Assembly: GCA_964561875.1 (NCBI GenBank)
Contig: CAZLQL010000003.1
Coordinates: forward strand, 5,822-69,821
Direction of reading: 5' to 3'
Source: an uncultured Candidatus Saccharibacteria bacterium
Lineage (GTDB): Bacteria > Patescibacteriota > Minisyncoccia > Phycocordibacterales > PALSA-1337
Length of the DNA: 64,000 nucleotides
The notes beneath the pieces are model-generated. The model was not told where the DNA came from. It searched no databases and saw only the letters and a program-made list of their open reading frames with translations. Below are positions 18,619-29,580 of the stretch, piece after piece (within the stretch, counting starts at the first letter, position 1; each line of letters starts with the position of its first letter). A program made the position numbers and the translations under genes.

Positions 18619-19533
18619 ATGAATAAACAGTGTAATGTTTGTGGCGGAGAAGGATTGTATATATTAAATAAAGATGGTTTTGATATGTATAAATGTATCA
18701 AGTGTAACCTGGTATATGTGTATCCTGAACCTAAAAAAGAATATTTAAAGGATTCTGTATATTCTTTTGAATCTGGCTATCAATCACAAAAGCCAAAAGA
18801 TCTATCAAAAGTTCCTCTAACAAAATCTTATAAAAAGATTTTTGATTTTATCGAAAAAAAGGGAATAAAGGGAAAAATGTTAGATGTTGGTTGCTCAAAT
18901 GGTGAGTTTTTATTTCATGCTAAAAAGAGAGGATTTGAAGTGGTTGGAATTGAGCTTAATCAAAGAACAGCAGAAATAGCAAAAAATAACGGTATAAATG
19001 TTCATGTAGGAATAATTGACGATATCGTTCTACCTGAAAATAGTTTTGATTGCGTATTTTTAGGGGATATTATAGAGCATGTGCCGAACCCAAAAGATTT
19101 TTTAAATAGATGTTTATCTCTTGTTAAAAAGGGTGGTTATATAATAATTTCAACACCAAATCTTGATTGTATGTGGTCAAAAGCTGGATATTTTCTTTAT
19201 TCAGTATTCAAAATCCCTTGGTCATCCATAACTCCTCCTTATCATCTATTTCAGTTTAGTGTAGAAAATCTTGAAAAGTTAATGATTGATTTGGGTTTGG
19301 GTATTGATTCTGTTTGGTATAGTGGTAGGCCTAGTCTAAAATATGAATTAGGATCGTTGCATCTATTAAAAAGAGTAAAGAATTCAAGTGGTTTTAGAAA
19401 AATGCTTAATGGATTATACATGGTATTTGCTTTCACTTTTTATGCAATAATTTACTATATGATAAATATCTTAAAATTTATTAAAATAATTAAAAAGGAT
19501 TTTGCTATGGTGGTTGTTGGTATAAAAAAATAA
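18619..19533 (+). CDS. Class I SAM-dependent methyltransferase with N-terminal zinc ribbon
   Basis: CNVCGG...CIKCNLVYVYP zinc ribbon, then SAM motif I MLDVGCSNGEFL and motif II-like FDCVFLGDIIEHV. Confidence 0.7.
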   Translation: MNKQCNVCGGEGLYILNKDGFDMYKCIKCNLVYVYPEPKKEYLKDSVYSFESGYQSQKPKDLSKVPLTKSYKKIFDFIEKKGIKGKMLDVGCSNGEFLFHAKKRGFEVVGIELNQRTAEIAKNNGINVHVGIIDDIVLPENSFDCVFLGDIIEHVPNPKDFLNRCLSLVKKGGYIIISTPNLDCMWSKAGYFLYSVFKIPWSSITPPYHLFQFSVENLEKLMIDLGLGIDSVWYSGRPSLKYELGSLHLLKRVKNSSGFRKMLNGLYMVFAFTFYAIIYYMINILKFIKIIKKDFAMVVVGIKK

Positions 19534-19534
19534 T

Positions 19535-20593
19535 ATGAATAAGTTAAAACTATATATAGGATCTTTACCTTACAAAAAACCTGTTTTAGAGTTTCTACCG
19601 AAAGATATTCAATCTATTCCAAAAGAGAATATGTTTGGAGAAAGAAATATATTTGATACAGATTTTGAATATGTAGAAGTGGTTTCTGATCCTGAACAGT
19701 CTGAATATTTTCTATTGCCATATTCATACAATCATGTCTCAAAAGAAAAACATTATATAAATAGTTTTGGGGAATTGGCAAAGAAATACAATAAAAGAGT
19801 CATAGTCTTTTTACTTGGAGATTCAAATGAAGATATAGAGATTTCAAATTCTATAGTTTTCAGAATGTCTAAATACAAGACCAATATAAAAGGAAATGAG
19901 ATTATTATGCCTGCATACTCTGCAGATTTGGGTGCTATATATGGACTTAATTTCAGAGAAAAAAGCGAAGATAAACCAGTTATAGGATTTTGTGGTTGGG
20001 CAAGTATACCAAATCGAAAAACCAAGATTAAATATAAGATTAAAGAGTATTTTTGGAATATCTGGGGTTTATTTATAAAAAAGTACAATACAAGAATTCC
20101 TGGCGTGATATTGAGAGAAAATATAATTAATATTATTGAAAAGTCTAAAATAGTAAGGAATAACTTTATTATAAGAAAATCATATAGTGGAAATACTAAA
20201 ACAATTAGTCTTGATCCGAAGATTGCAAGAGAAGAATATATAAATTCTATAAAGGATTCAGATTATTATCTTTGTCCAAAAGGTGATGGTAATTTCTCGG
20301 TTAGATTTTTTGAATGCTTAAGTTTAGGTAGGATACCGGTCTTAATAAATACCGATATAGACCTACCTTTTTCGAATATTGTCGACTACAAAGACTTTAT
20401 TATAAAGATCGATATGGGAGATATAAGAAATATCGATAAAATCGTTTATGATCATTATTTTAAGACAAATAATAATGATTTTATAAATATACAAAAGAGG
20501 TGCAGAAATGTATTTGACCAATACCTCAATATTCATGTATTCTTTATGAATGTCCTTAAAAGAGATTTTCTCGAGAAAGTTCCTAAAGTATAG
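19535..20593 (+). CDS. Exostosin-like (GT47-family) glycosyltransferase
   Basis: YYLCPKGDGNFSVRFFECLSLGRIPVLINTDIDLPF matches the exostosin C-terminal signature C.P.GD..S.R..EA...GCIPV...D...LPF. Confidence 0.55.
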   Translation: MNKLKLYIGSLPYKKPVLEFLPKDIQSIPKENMFGERNIFDTDFEYVEVVSDPEQSEYFLLPYSYNHVSKEKHYINSFGELAKKYNKRVIVFLLGDSNEDIEISNSIVFRMSKYKTNIKGNEIIMPAYSADLGAIYGLNFREKSEDKPVIGFCGWASIPNRKTKIKYKIKEYFWNIWGLFIKKYNTRIPGVILRENIINIIEKSKIVRNNFIIRKSYSGNTKTISLDPKIAREEYINSIKDSDYYLCPKGDGNFSVRFFECLSLGRIPVLINTDIDLPFSNIVDYKDFIIKIDMGDIRNIDKIVYDHYFKTNNNDFINIQKRCRNVFDQYLNIHVFFMNVLKRDFLEKVPKV

Positions 20594-22082
20594 TTTATTA
20601 TCTATTGTTCTACTTGCTGGATTTATATTTTTTAGTTTTGAAGTTACAAAAGACATAACAGAGAATCCTCCAACATGGATGGATGAGGGCATTATCATAG
20701 AATCTGCTAGAAATTTTGCTAAAAGTGGCGTATCAGGTATCAGAATTAGCCCAAGTGAAGTGGTATCTGGGGGCTATATAACCACCAGCTATCCTGTCAC
20801 ATATCCTATAAGTATTCTTTTCAATAGATACGGGGTAAATCTATTCGACGCTAGACTTGTTATGGTTGTCTATATGTATTTGGCTTTATTCGCTTGTCTG
20901 TTTTTGGTTTCAAGAGTGGGGTATAGAAGTAAATATGTTTATGCATATACGATGTTTTTGATCATTACTTTCGCTCCATTTTATGGACATGGTAAAAATG
21001 TCTTAGGTGAAATCCCTGGATTATTTTATCTTTTTATATCAATGATTGTATTGTTTTATTTCAATGAAATATTACCTAGGATTGAGGTGAGAATAAGACA
21101 TAAAGTATTTTTACTTTTCATTGCTTCTATTTTTACAGGTTTAGCTATTATTACAAAACCAATTTACATACTTATTATTCCCGCAATAATAATTGGAGGA
21201 ATTTTGTATGTTTATACTAGATACAGATGTAGCAAAATGTTCGAGGTTAGATTTCTAGCACTTAAGAAATCATTGTGGGTTTATATACCATCAACCTTTA
21301 TCGGTCTTTTATTACCAATATTCACTTGGATTGTATATCAATTCCACGGTGAGGGTTTGAGATTTATATTATCAGTATATGCAAATCCTCATAAAAATGA
21401 ATTGATGGGTTCTATAATTTCAAATTCATATAGATTTATAAGTGAATTACAACCCGCATATACTTTGGCTATGCTATTTATATGGTTCATTACAATATTT
21501 ATCAGATTTAAAAGAAAGGAGAATATAACTCTATCTGAATATATATTATTTTCTTTTTCAGTTTTAGTCCTTGTAGCTTATCTTAGAACACCTGGATACT
21601 ATAGATATTTTATTCAGACAGAAATGATATCTCTAATATTTTTATCATCAAATTTATTATATTTATCAAAAACTTTCAGTAAAATGGGTAAGTTTTTATT
21701 TATTGTTTCTGTTTCAGGTATTGTATGTATACAAGCGTATCAAATGTTCAATAATAGCTGGATCTATACTCATGAAAAAAGTCAGAGGTCTAGTTTATTG
21801 AAGAAGGAGTTAGAATCACTTTCTTCTGATAAAGAAGTCTTCTTGTACCAAGCACCTGAAGTTGCCACCTTTATTCCTCACGATAACTATTCACAGTATC
21901 TAGAGGTTACATCATATATAAAAGAAGGAAATTCCTCTTTAAAAAGAGTTGAAAAAGGTCTACCTTATATTTTGGTAACCAAGAATGATGAATCTATTAT
22001 AAATTTGATAAAAACTATTAGTAATAATAAATATAAAAATATTTATAATATAGATCGTTATACATTCTTTAAAAAGATATAA
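20550..22082 (+). CDS. Polytopic membrane protein, GT-C-type glycosyltransferase (ArnT/PMT-like)
   Basis: More than 10 predicted TM helices with a C-terminal soluble region. Architecture matches GT39/GT83 family. Start uncertain (44-nt overlap with the upstream gene). Confidence 0.4.
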   Translation: MSLKEIFSRKFLKYSLLSIVLLAGFIFFSFEVTKDITENPPTWMDEGIIIESARNFAKSGVSGIRISPSEVVSGGYITTSYPVTYPISILFNRYGVNLFDARLVMVVYMYLALFACLFLVSRVGYRSKYVYAYTMFLIITFAPFYGHGKNVLGEIPGLFYLFISMIVLFYFNEILPRIEVRIRHKVFLLFIASIFTGLAIITKPIYILIIPAIIIGGILYVYTRYRCSKMFEVRFLALKKSLWVYIPSTFIGLLLPIFTWIVYQFHGEGLRFILSVYANPHKNELMGSIISNSYRFISELQPAYTLAMLFIWFITIFIRFKRKENITLSEYILFSFSVLVLVAYLRTPGYYRYFIQTEMISLIFLSSNLLYLSKTFSKMGKFLFIVSVSGIVCIQAYQMFNNSWIYTHEKSQRSSLLKKELESLSSDKEVFLYQAPEVATFIPHDNYSQYLEVTSYIKEGNSSLKRVEKGLPYILVTKNDESIINLIKTISNNKYKNIYNIDRYTFFKKI

Positions 22083-22085
22083 TTT

Positions 22086-23234
22086 ATGAATATAATTTAT
22101 ATTTCTCAAAACAGAATTCCATCAGATAAGGGTTATTCAATACAGATAATGAAGATGTGCGAGGCTTTTGTAAAACAGGGTATAAAACTCGTTTTATTTA
22201 CCACAAGGTATAAGAAAGATAGTAAAAAAGATGAAAAACAAGATGTAAATAAGCTTTTTTCAAGCTACAGTATTAAAAATAAATTTAATATAGTTACAAT
22301 AGATATTCCTTTTCTCATTAGGCTTGGGAAAATAGGTCACTTGATGCAGGGTATTTTATTTTCTATAAAGATTTATATTAAAAATAGTATAGATAAAAGT
22401 ACTATTATATATACTAGAGATTGGATACCCGCATTATTTTTCTCTTTGTTTGGATATAAAACTTATTTAGAAATCCATACTCATCATGGTTCAGTAGGTA
22501 GTAAGATTGCTCAAAGATATGTTTCAGGGATAGTTGTTATATCCAATGGATTGAAACAGTTTTATATTGAAAATGGTATAGATAAAAATAAGATTTTTGT
22601 ATCACCAAGCGGAGTAGATCTGGATGATTTTGGTATTACTGGAAATACAATAGATATACATAATGAATTTGGAATTGATAGAGATTCAAAGATAATAATG
22701 TATACAGGTCATTTGTATGATTGGAAGGGAATAGATACTTTGGTTTCTGTGTCTGAATTGATTGATAAAAATATAAACATAGTCTGCATAGGTGGTACTG
22801 ATCATGACTTAAAAAAGTATATTTCTTTAAATAATTTAAATAAAAATATAAAGTTTATTGGAAACAAGCCTTTCAATGTTATAGCGGATTATATGAGATC
22901 AGCAGATGCATTTATAATTCCAAATTCAAAAAAGAGTTTGATCTCAAAGAGTTTTACTTCACCACTTAAGTTATTTACATATATGGCAATGCAAAAACCT
23001 ATAATTGCTTCTGATCTGCCATCTATAAGAGAAATATTGGATGATAGTATGGCTTATTATTATGAACCAGATGATATAAAGTCTTGTATTCAAGCAATAA
23101 ATTCCTCATTTACAGATTTTGAAGAGTCAAATAAAAAAGTTAAAAAATCGTACGAAGAAGTAAAGAGGTATTCTTGGTCAAATAGAGCTATTAGACTTTT
23201 GGCATTTCTTGGCTATACTAATGACAATAAATGA
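22086..23234 (+). CDS. Glycosyltransferase family 4
   Basis: MYTGHLYDWKGIDTLV and KLFTYMAMQKPIIASDLPSIREIL match GT4 C-domain motifs. Confidence 0.7.
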   Translation: MNIIYISQNRIPSDKGYSIQIMKMCEAFVKQGIKLVLFTTRYKKDSKKDEKQDVNKLFSSYSIKNKFNIVTIDIPFLIRLGKIGHLMQGILFSIKIYIKNSIDKSTIIYTRDWIPALFFSLFGYKTYLEIHTHHGSVGSKIAQRYVSGIVVISNGLKQFYIENGIDKNKIFVSPSGVDLDDFGITGNTIDIHNEFGIDRDSKIIMYTGHLYDWKGIDTLVSVSELIDKNINIVCIGGTDHDLKKYISLNNLNKNIKFIGNKPFNVIADYMRSADAFIIPNSKKSLISKSFTSPLKLFTYMAMQKPIIASDLPSIREILDDSMAYYYEPDDIKSCIQAINSSFTDFEESNKKVKKSYEEVKRYSWSNRAIRLLAFLGYTNDNK

Positions 23235-24178
23235 AAAAGATATCAATCATTACTCCTGTATATAATGAATCACAAAGCATACCTTTGCTAGTAGACGAGC
23301 TAAAGTCTGTTATGTCTAAATCTGGCTATAAATACGAAATTATAGCTGTAAATGATGGTTCAAAAGATAATACTGAAGATGTTTTATTGGAACTTGCTCA
23401 GAAAAATAAAGAATTAAAGATTATTAATTTCAATTCAAATAAAGGTCAAAGTGCTGCTCTTTCAGCTGGTATTGAAAAATCAACAGGAGATATCATAGTG
23501 ACTATAGATAGTGATTTGGAAAATGATCCAAACGACATAATAAATCTTATCGATACTATGTCTAAAGGTTATGATGTGGTTTCTGGTTGGAGGGATGGTC
23601 GTTGGGAAGGAAATTATTTTAGTAGAAAATTACCATCAAAGATTGCAAATTCTCTAATATCAAAAATAACAAAAGTAAAATTAAATGATTATGGCTGTAC
23701 TCTGAAAGCATATTCTAGAAGAGTAATACAAGATATACATCTATATGGTGAAATGCATAGGTTTATACCTGCATATACAGCTTGGAACGGAGGAAATGTT
23801 ACAGAAGTAAAAGTATCTTTTAGACCAAGAAGGTTTGGTAAAAGTAATTATGGTATATCAAGAACATTTAAGGTGCTACTTGATCTCATCACAATAAAAT
23901 ATTTCATGAAATATATGAATAAACCAATGCACTTCTTTGGTGGAATTGGTTTTATTTCGCTTTTTATTGGTAGTTTAAGTGGTTTACTTTCTATTTTTCT
24001 AAAGATTATTCATGTTAGAGACTTTGTTTCCACACCATTACCTATATTTTCTGCATTATTTATAATAGTTGGAATTCAGCTTATTACCATGGGTATATTG
24101 GCAGAGATAATGATGAGAACTTACTATGAATCTCAGGGTAAGAAACCTTACAGTGTAAAAAGTTTAATAAATTTCTAA
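23231..24178 (+). CDS. GT2 polyprenyl-phosphate glycosyltransferase (ArnC/DPM1-like) with C-terminal TM helices
   Basis: ISIITPVYNESQSI, VNDGSKDNT and DSDLENDP are GT2 motifs. Two C-terminal TM helices. Confidence 0.8.
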   Translation: MKKISIITPVYNESQSIPLLVDELKSVMSKSGYKYEIIAVNDGSKDNTEDVLLELAQKNKELKIINFNSNKGQSAALSAGIEKSTGDIIVTIDSDLENDPNDIINLIDTMSKGYDVVSGWRDGRWEGNYFSRKLPSKIANSLISKITKVKLNDYGCTLKAYSRRVIQDIHLYGEMHRFIPAYTAWNGGNVTEVKVSFRPRRFGKSNYGISRTFKVLLDLITIKYFMKYMNKPMHFFGGIGFISLFIGSLSGLLSIFLKIIHVRDFVSTPLPIFSALFIIVGIQLITMGILAEIMMRTYYESQGKKPYSVKSLINF

Positions 24179-24179
24179 A

Positions 24180-26051
24180 ATGTGTGGAATAGTTGGATTT
24201 ATAGGACAAGGTAGTGAAAATGATATAAATATCATGACTGACTCTATTTCATATAGAGGACCAGATGATAGGGGTGTATTTTTTAAACAAGGTGTCGGAC
24301 TAGGACATAGGAGACTTTCTATTCTTGACCTTTCACCTCTAGGTCATCAACCTATGGTAAGTGAAGATGGAAATGTGGTCATAATCTTTAATGGAGAAAT
24401 ATATAATTTCTTGGAATTAAAAAATACTTTTTTAAGTAAGTATAATTTTAAGGGTAGCTCGGATACAGAAGTAATATTATATTTATATTTAGAGTTTGGA
24501 GATAAGGTATTTTCTATGATTCAAGGTATGTTTTCTATTGCTATTTATGATTTTAATAATAAAAAACTATTGTTAGCCAGAGATAGAATGGGTAAAAAAC
24601 CATTATATTGGGGTTTGTATGATGATACTTTACTATTTGCTTCAGAACCAAAAGCTTTATTTGGTCATAAAAAATTTAGAAAGGAAATAGATCTTAATTC
24701 TTTAAATAAATATTTTCAATTCGAATATATACCAACACCGAGATCAATATATAAAGGTTTAAATAAGCTGGAGCCAGGACACTTGGTTGTATATCAAAAT
24801 AATAGTATTAAGAAAATAAAGTTTTGGGATATAAAGTCACAGAATATAAATATCAATACAAAACATGCAATAGAAAGATTGGATAGATTAATGTCTGAGT
24901 CTGTGAAAAAGAGGATGGTTGCGGATGTGTCGATCGGTATATTTTTAAGTGGTGGTATAGATTCTAGTGCTATAGCTTATTACGCTACAAAAAATAGTAA
25001 AGATAAAATAAAGACTTTTTCTATTGGTTTCAATGATAAATCTTTTGATGAACTAAAATATGCAAATATAGTTTCAAAATACTTAAACACTGAACATCAT
25101 GAAAAGATATTAAGTGAAAAAGATTCGATTGACGTGATATATAATATATCAAATCTATTGGATGAACCTCTAGCAGATTCTTCGATTATTCCTACTTATT
25201 TATTATCAAAATACGCTAGAGAACACGTAACAGTAGCTCTAGGGGGAGATGGTGGGGATGAGCTATTTTGGGGATATGATACATTTATTGCTCATAAATT
25301 ATCTTTTATTTATGATATTGTTCCAGACTTTATAAAAAATATTCTTATTAACTTTATAGATAAAATCCCTACATCTTTCTCAAATATCAGTTTGGACTTC
25401 AAAATAAAGAAATTTATACATGGGTATGTTGGAAATCCTTTATATAGACATTTTACATGGCTTGGAGCTTTTGATCGGAATGAGAGAAATAAATTATTTA
25501 GAAATAATATTTTGAATGAAATAAAAGGTACAAATGAATTTGAGGATATAGACAATTACATAAAGTCTTTTTCAGAAAATAAAGGTTACGATATAAATTC
25601 GTATCTATACCAAAGGACATATATGATGGACGATATCCTCGTAAAAGTTGATAGAGCTAGTATGTATAACTCCCTAGAGGTTAGAACACCATTTTTAGAT
25701 ACCGATATTGTGGATTTTGCAAACAGTCTACCTATAAAACTAAAATGCAAAGGACTTAATAGAAAGTTTATTCTTAAAAAGCTTTTAGAAGGTAAAATAC
25801 CTAGAGAAATAATATATAGAAAGAAAAAAGGTTTCGGTATACCTATTGCAAAATGGTTAAGATCAGATCTAAAACCACTCATTGAAGAATTGTTAAATAA
25901 GGACTATATAAATAAACAAAATATATTTAATTATGATTATATAAAAATACTGATTGATGACCATATGAATATGACAAGAGACAATAGAAAATATTTATGG
26001 AGTTTATTGGTATTCCAGATGTGGTATAAGAAGTTTTTTATCGAAAAATAA
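24180..26051 (+). CDS. asnB: Asparagine synthetase (glutamine-hydrolysing) family amidotransferase
   Basis: N-terminal MCGIVGF (Ntn Cys2) and the PP-loop SGGIDSS. 623 aa. Confidence 0.9.
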   Translation: MCGIVGFIGQGSENDINIMTDSISYRGPDDRGVFFKQGVGLGHRRLSILDLSPLGHQPMVSEDGNVVIIFNGEIYNFLELKNTFLSKYNFKGSSDTEVILYLYLEFGDKVFSMIQGMFSIAIYDFNNKKLLLARDRMGKKPLYWGLYDDTLLFASEPKALFGHKKFRKEIDLNSLNKYFQFEYIPTPRSIYKGLNKLEPGHLVVYQNNSIKKIKFWDIKSQNININTKHAIERLDRLMSESVKKRMVADVSIGIFLSGGIDSSAIAYYATKNSKDKIKTFSIGFNDKSFDELKYANIVSKYLNTEHHEKILSEKDSIDVIYNISNLLDEPLADSSIIPTYLLSKYAREHVTVALGGDGGDELFWGYDTFIAHKLSFIYDIVPDFIKNILINFIDKIPTSFSNISLDFKIKKFIHGYVGNPLYRHFTWLGAFDRNERNKLFRNNILNEIKGTNEFEDIDNYIKSFSENKGYDINSYLYQRTYMMDDILVKVDRASMYNSLEVRTPFLDTDIVDFANSLPIKLKCKGLNRKFILKKLLEGKIPREIIYRKKKGFGIPIAKWLRSDLKPLIEELLNKDYINKQNIFNYDYIKILIDDHMNMTRDNRKYLWSLLVFQMWYKKFFIEK

Positions 26052-26114
26052 ACACCATTATATATAGTTTTGGCTAGTTTCTATAAAAATAATAGATGAT
26101 ATAATCAAAAAACT

Positions 26115-26825
26115 ATGGCTAAAGTTGTCGTCGTAATACCTACTTATAATGAAAAAGACAATATAAGGGATATCGTAAAGAGTGTTTTTGATTATCTACC
26201 ACATGTTAATCTTCTTGTTGTAGATGACAATTCTCCAGATGGTACTAGATTTATAGTAGAAGATTTGATGAAACAATATAAAAATCTTTCTATAAAGAAT
26301 CGACAGAAAAAAGAGGGTTTGGGAAAAGCATACACCTCTACTTTTATAGATTTATTAAATGATAAAGATATATCTACTATTGTAAGTATGGACGCAGATC
26401 TATCTCATGATCCAAAAAGCATAATAGATATGCTTGAGAAAAGAAAAGAATTTGATGTAATAATCGGTTCGAGATATATAAGTGGTGGGAAGACTCAAGG
26501 TTGGGAATTGTGGAGAAAGATATTGAGTATTGGTGGAAATACTTATACAAAGATCATAACAGGAATGCCAATAAATGACTTTACTAGTGGCTTTATGTGT
26601 ATGTCTACAGATTCACTTAGGAAAATTGATTTAAATAAAATAAGCAGTTCAGGTTATGCTTTTTTGATAGAATTAAAATACGAATTATATGTAATGAGAA
26701 ATAGAATGTCTGAAGTTCCTATTGTATTTAAAAATAGAATTGGTGGTGAGTCAAAAATCTCAAATCACATAATCAAAGAAGGTATAAAAGCTCCATGGAG
26801 GCTGGCTCTCAGAATAAAAAAATGA
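26115..26825 (+). CDS. GT2 polyprenol-phosphate mannose/glucose synthase (DPM1/Ppm1-like)
   Basis: VVVIPTYNEKDNI, LVVDDNSPDGT and DADLSHDP. Confidence 0.8.
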   Translation: MAKVVVVIPTYNEKDNIRDIVKSVFDYLPHVNLLVVDDNSPDGTRFIVEDLMKQYKNLSIKNRQKKEGLGKAYTSTFIDLLNDKDISTIVSMDADLSHDPKSIIDMLEKRKEFDVIIGSRYISGGKTQGWELWRKILSIGGNTYTKIITGMPINDFTSGFMCMSTDSLRKIDLNKISSSGYAFLIELKYELYVMRNRMSEVPIVFKNRIGGESKISNHIIKEGIKAPWRLALRIKK

Positions 26826-27688
26826 ATTGTTTAGTATGTACATCTAGTAACAGTGATTTTTATATAAAGAAAAATAATTCTCACATATTTAAATGTGTTA
26901 AATGTAAAACACTTTTTGTATACCCGATACCAAAAGATGAAAATATAGAGGAGGTTTATGAAAAAGAATATTTTAGTGGTGCTGAACAAGGTTTTGGCTA
27001 TGTAGATTATGATAGTGATAAAAGTGCGATGAAAGATATGTTTATACAATACATAAAAGATTTCAAACACTATAAGAGTGATATGAAAAGTATTTTTGAT
27101 ATTGGTGCAGCTACAGGATACTTTTTAGATTTAGCAAAAGATGAGGGTCTTGTTGTATCGGGTGTTGAGATTTCAGATTATGCTACAAACATCGCTATAA
27201 ATAAAGGTATAGATGTAAAAAGGGGGACAATAGAAAATGTGAAAATTAAGAAAAGCGCATTTGATGTTGTAACCATGTGGGACGTTATAGAACATATGAA
27301 AGACCCAAGAATTGGTCTGAAAAAAGTAAATGAAGTTTTGAAATCAAATGGCCTTATAGCTATAAGTACTCCAGATTCTGGTAGTATGTTTTCAAAAATA
27401 ATGAGTAGAAAGTGGCATTCTTTTGTACCACCCGAGCATCTGTATTATTTTAATAAAAAGAGTCTGTCTATTCTTTTAAAAGAAAATGGTTTTGAAATAT
27501 TAAAAATCAAGACAATAAATAAAAGATTTACTTTGAAATATATCTTTAGAATGCTCTACAGGTGGCAAAAGCTGAAGATTTGGGAAAGTATATATGAATA
27601 CATAGTATCAAATAAATTTCTTAATAAAATTACAATATTTCTTCCTCTAGGTGATAATATGTATATAGTTGCTAAAAAAATAAAATGA
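26822..27688 (+). CDS. Class I SAM-dependent methyltransferase with N-terminal zinc ribbon
   Basis: CLVCTSS...CVKCKTLFVYP, then motif I IFDIGAATGYFL. Paralogue of the 18619 and 30596 genes. Confidence 0.7.
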   Translation: MNCLVCTSSNSDFYIKKNNSHIFKCVKCKTLFVYPIPKDENIEEVYEKEYFSGAEQGFGYVDYDSDKSAMKDMFIQYIKDFKHYKSDMKSIFDIGAATGYFLDLAKDEGLVVSGVEISDYATNIAINKGIDVKRGTIENVKIKKSAFDVVTMWDVIEHMKDPRIGLKKVNEVLKSNGLIAISTPDSGSMFSKIMSRKWHSFVPPEHLYYFNKKSLSILLKENGFEILKIKTINKRFTLKYIFRMLYRWQKLKIWESIYEYIVSNKFLNKITIFLPLGDNMYIVAKKIK

Positions 27689-28410
27689 AAATAGAACATT
27701 ATAAAAGTCTATACGACAATGAGATGAAAAGTTGGTGGTATAGAGTAAGGAGGAACTTTATTTTAAAAATTATAAAGAAATATACTAAAATTAGTAGTCT
27801 AAATATTTTAGATGTTGGGTGTGGTACGGGAGCACTTATGATAGAACTCTCACATTTTGGAAATATCTCAGGTATCGATATAGCTCAAACTGCTATAGAT
27901 TTTTGTAAAACTAGAGGTATAAGTGATGTAAAAGTGGGTAATGCACTAGATATACCATATAGCGATAATAGCTTTGATGTTGTGCTTGCTTTGGATGTGC
28001 TCGAACATATCAAAGAGGATGAGTTGGCTATAAAAGAATTGAAAAGGGTATTAAAACCAAACGGAATACTTATTACATTTGTTCCGGCTTTTATGATCTT
28101 ATGGGGTATAACAGATACTATAAGTGAACACTACAGAAGATACACAAGGAAGGATTTTAAGAAAAAGATATTATCATCAGGTTTAGATATTGTGATAATA
28201 TCTTATTTCAATTTTTTTCTTTTTATACCGATTTTGATTGTTAGAAAAATAGTAAATTTATTTAATATAAAAGTTAAAAATGAAAATAATATGACTCCTG
28301 AGCCGATAAATACTATTTTATATTTTATATTTTCAATAGAGCTTTTTGTATTAAATTATATAAACCTACCGTTTGGTGTATCACTATTTTGTATAAGTAA
28401 AAAGAAATAA
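27685..28410 (+). CDS. Class I SAM-dependent methyltransferase with C-terminal membrane segment
   Basis: Motif I LDVGCGTGALM and LKPNGILI. Hydrophobic C-terminus. Confidence 0.7.
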   Translation: MKIEHYKSLYDNEMKSWWYRVRRNFILKIIKKYTKISSLNILDVGCGTGALMIELSHFGNISGIDIAQTAIDFCKTRGISDVKVGNALDIPYSDNSFDVVLALDVLEHIKEDELAIKELKRVLKPNGILITFVPAFMILWGITDTISEHYRRYTRKDFKKKILSSGLDIVIISYFNFFLFIPILIVRKIVNLFNIKVKNENNMTPEPINTILYFIFSIELFVLNYINLPFGVSLFCISKKK

Positions 28411-29580
28411 ATGAAAAGTATTTTATTTAAAATAAAAAATATAGCAATTCTATCTGCATGTTACGCATATTCGATTTTTAAAGTAAAAAATAATAAAAAT
28501 CTAATCCCAAAAAGTATCATCATATTTAGTATGGGTAAACTGGGGGATATGGTATGTATAACACCTCTTTTTAATGCGATAAAATCAAAATACAGAGATG
28601 TGAATATATATGTTTGCAGTAGTGCCGGATTACAAGGGTTACTCAGTGACCATCCTGATGTATATAAATACGTTGCCTATAACAAAAAATCTATATTTGA
28701 AAATATTAAGAACATTAAATCATTAAACATAGACTTCGGTATTACTGTAACTCCAGATTTTAATGCACTAGCCATTATGTATTTATCAGGTGTAAAAAGT
28801 ATTACCGTACCGAGAGTGGTTTCGGGTTATTCACCATATGAAACAAAGTCATATAAGGCTCTATCAAAGCTTGTAAATACAAAAACCCATGTAATGGGGA
28901 ATTATGCTCCAAAAGAGTATCTTAAACTACTTCATGATATAGATATATATAGTGATAATACAAAAAAATATCTAAGTTTCAATAAAACTGAAGATGAAAA
29001 AGTAAAAGCTTTTTTTAGAAATAATAATATAAATATTGGATCAGACAATATAGTAATAGTTTCCCATACGGTTGGAAATCAAATAAAGAAATGGGGTATA
29101 GATAAATTCACAGAATTGATCAATAAAATAAATACCAATTTTGATGTAAAGATTATTTTAATTGGAGAAGAAAAAGATAAAATTGAGGGTAATAAAATAA
29201 AAGATAATATACCCGAAGTTATAAACTCTTGTGGTTTATTTAATCTAGGTGAATTGAAATCGTTGGTATCACACTCAAGTCTATTTATTGGAGTTGATAC
29301 AGGACCTGTATACATAGCTGAAGCTTTTGATATTCCAACAGTAGATATAATAGGTCCTATGGATGAGAATGAACAACCACCAAGAAGTCATAAAAATATT
29401 TTAATTATTCCTAAGAGGGAAAAGTCACAATTACATATTATGAATGCTAGGATATATGATAAAAATGAGGCATTACGACAGATACAATCCATAACAGTTG
29501 ATGAGGTATATAGTGTAGTTGTTAATCTTTTTAAAGATGGTATCATCAAGCCAAATAATAATTTTATATATGAAAAATAA
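28411..29580 (+). CDS. Glycosyltransferase family 9 (heptosyltransferase-like)
   Basis: FIGVDTGPVYIAEAFDIPTVDIIGP matches the GT9 signature G.DSG..HLAAA.G.P...LFGP. Confidence 0.55.
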   Translation: MKSILFKIKNIAILSACYAYSIFKVKNNKNLIPKSIIIFSMGKLGDMVCITPLFNAIKSKYRDVNIYVCSSAGLQGLLSDHPDVYKYVAYNKKSIFENIKNIKSLNIDFGITVTPDFNALAIMYLSGVKSITVPRVVSGYSPYETKSYKALSKLVNTKTHVMGNYAPKEYLKLLHDIDIYSDNTKKYLSFNKTEDEKVKAFFRNNNINIGSDNIVIVSHTVGNQIKKWGIDKFTELINKINTNFDVKIILIGEEKDKIEGNKIKDNIPEVINSCGLFNLGELKSLVSHSSLFIGVDTGPVYIAEAFDIPTVDIIGPMDENEQPPRSHKNILIIPKREKSQLHIMNARIYDKNEALRQIQSITVDEVYSVVVNLFKDGIIKPNNNFIYEK

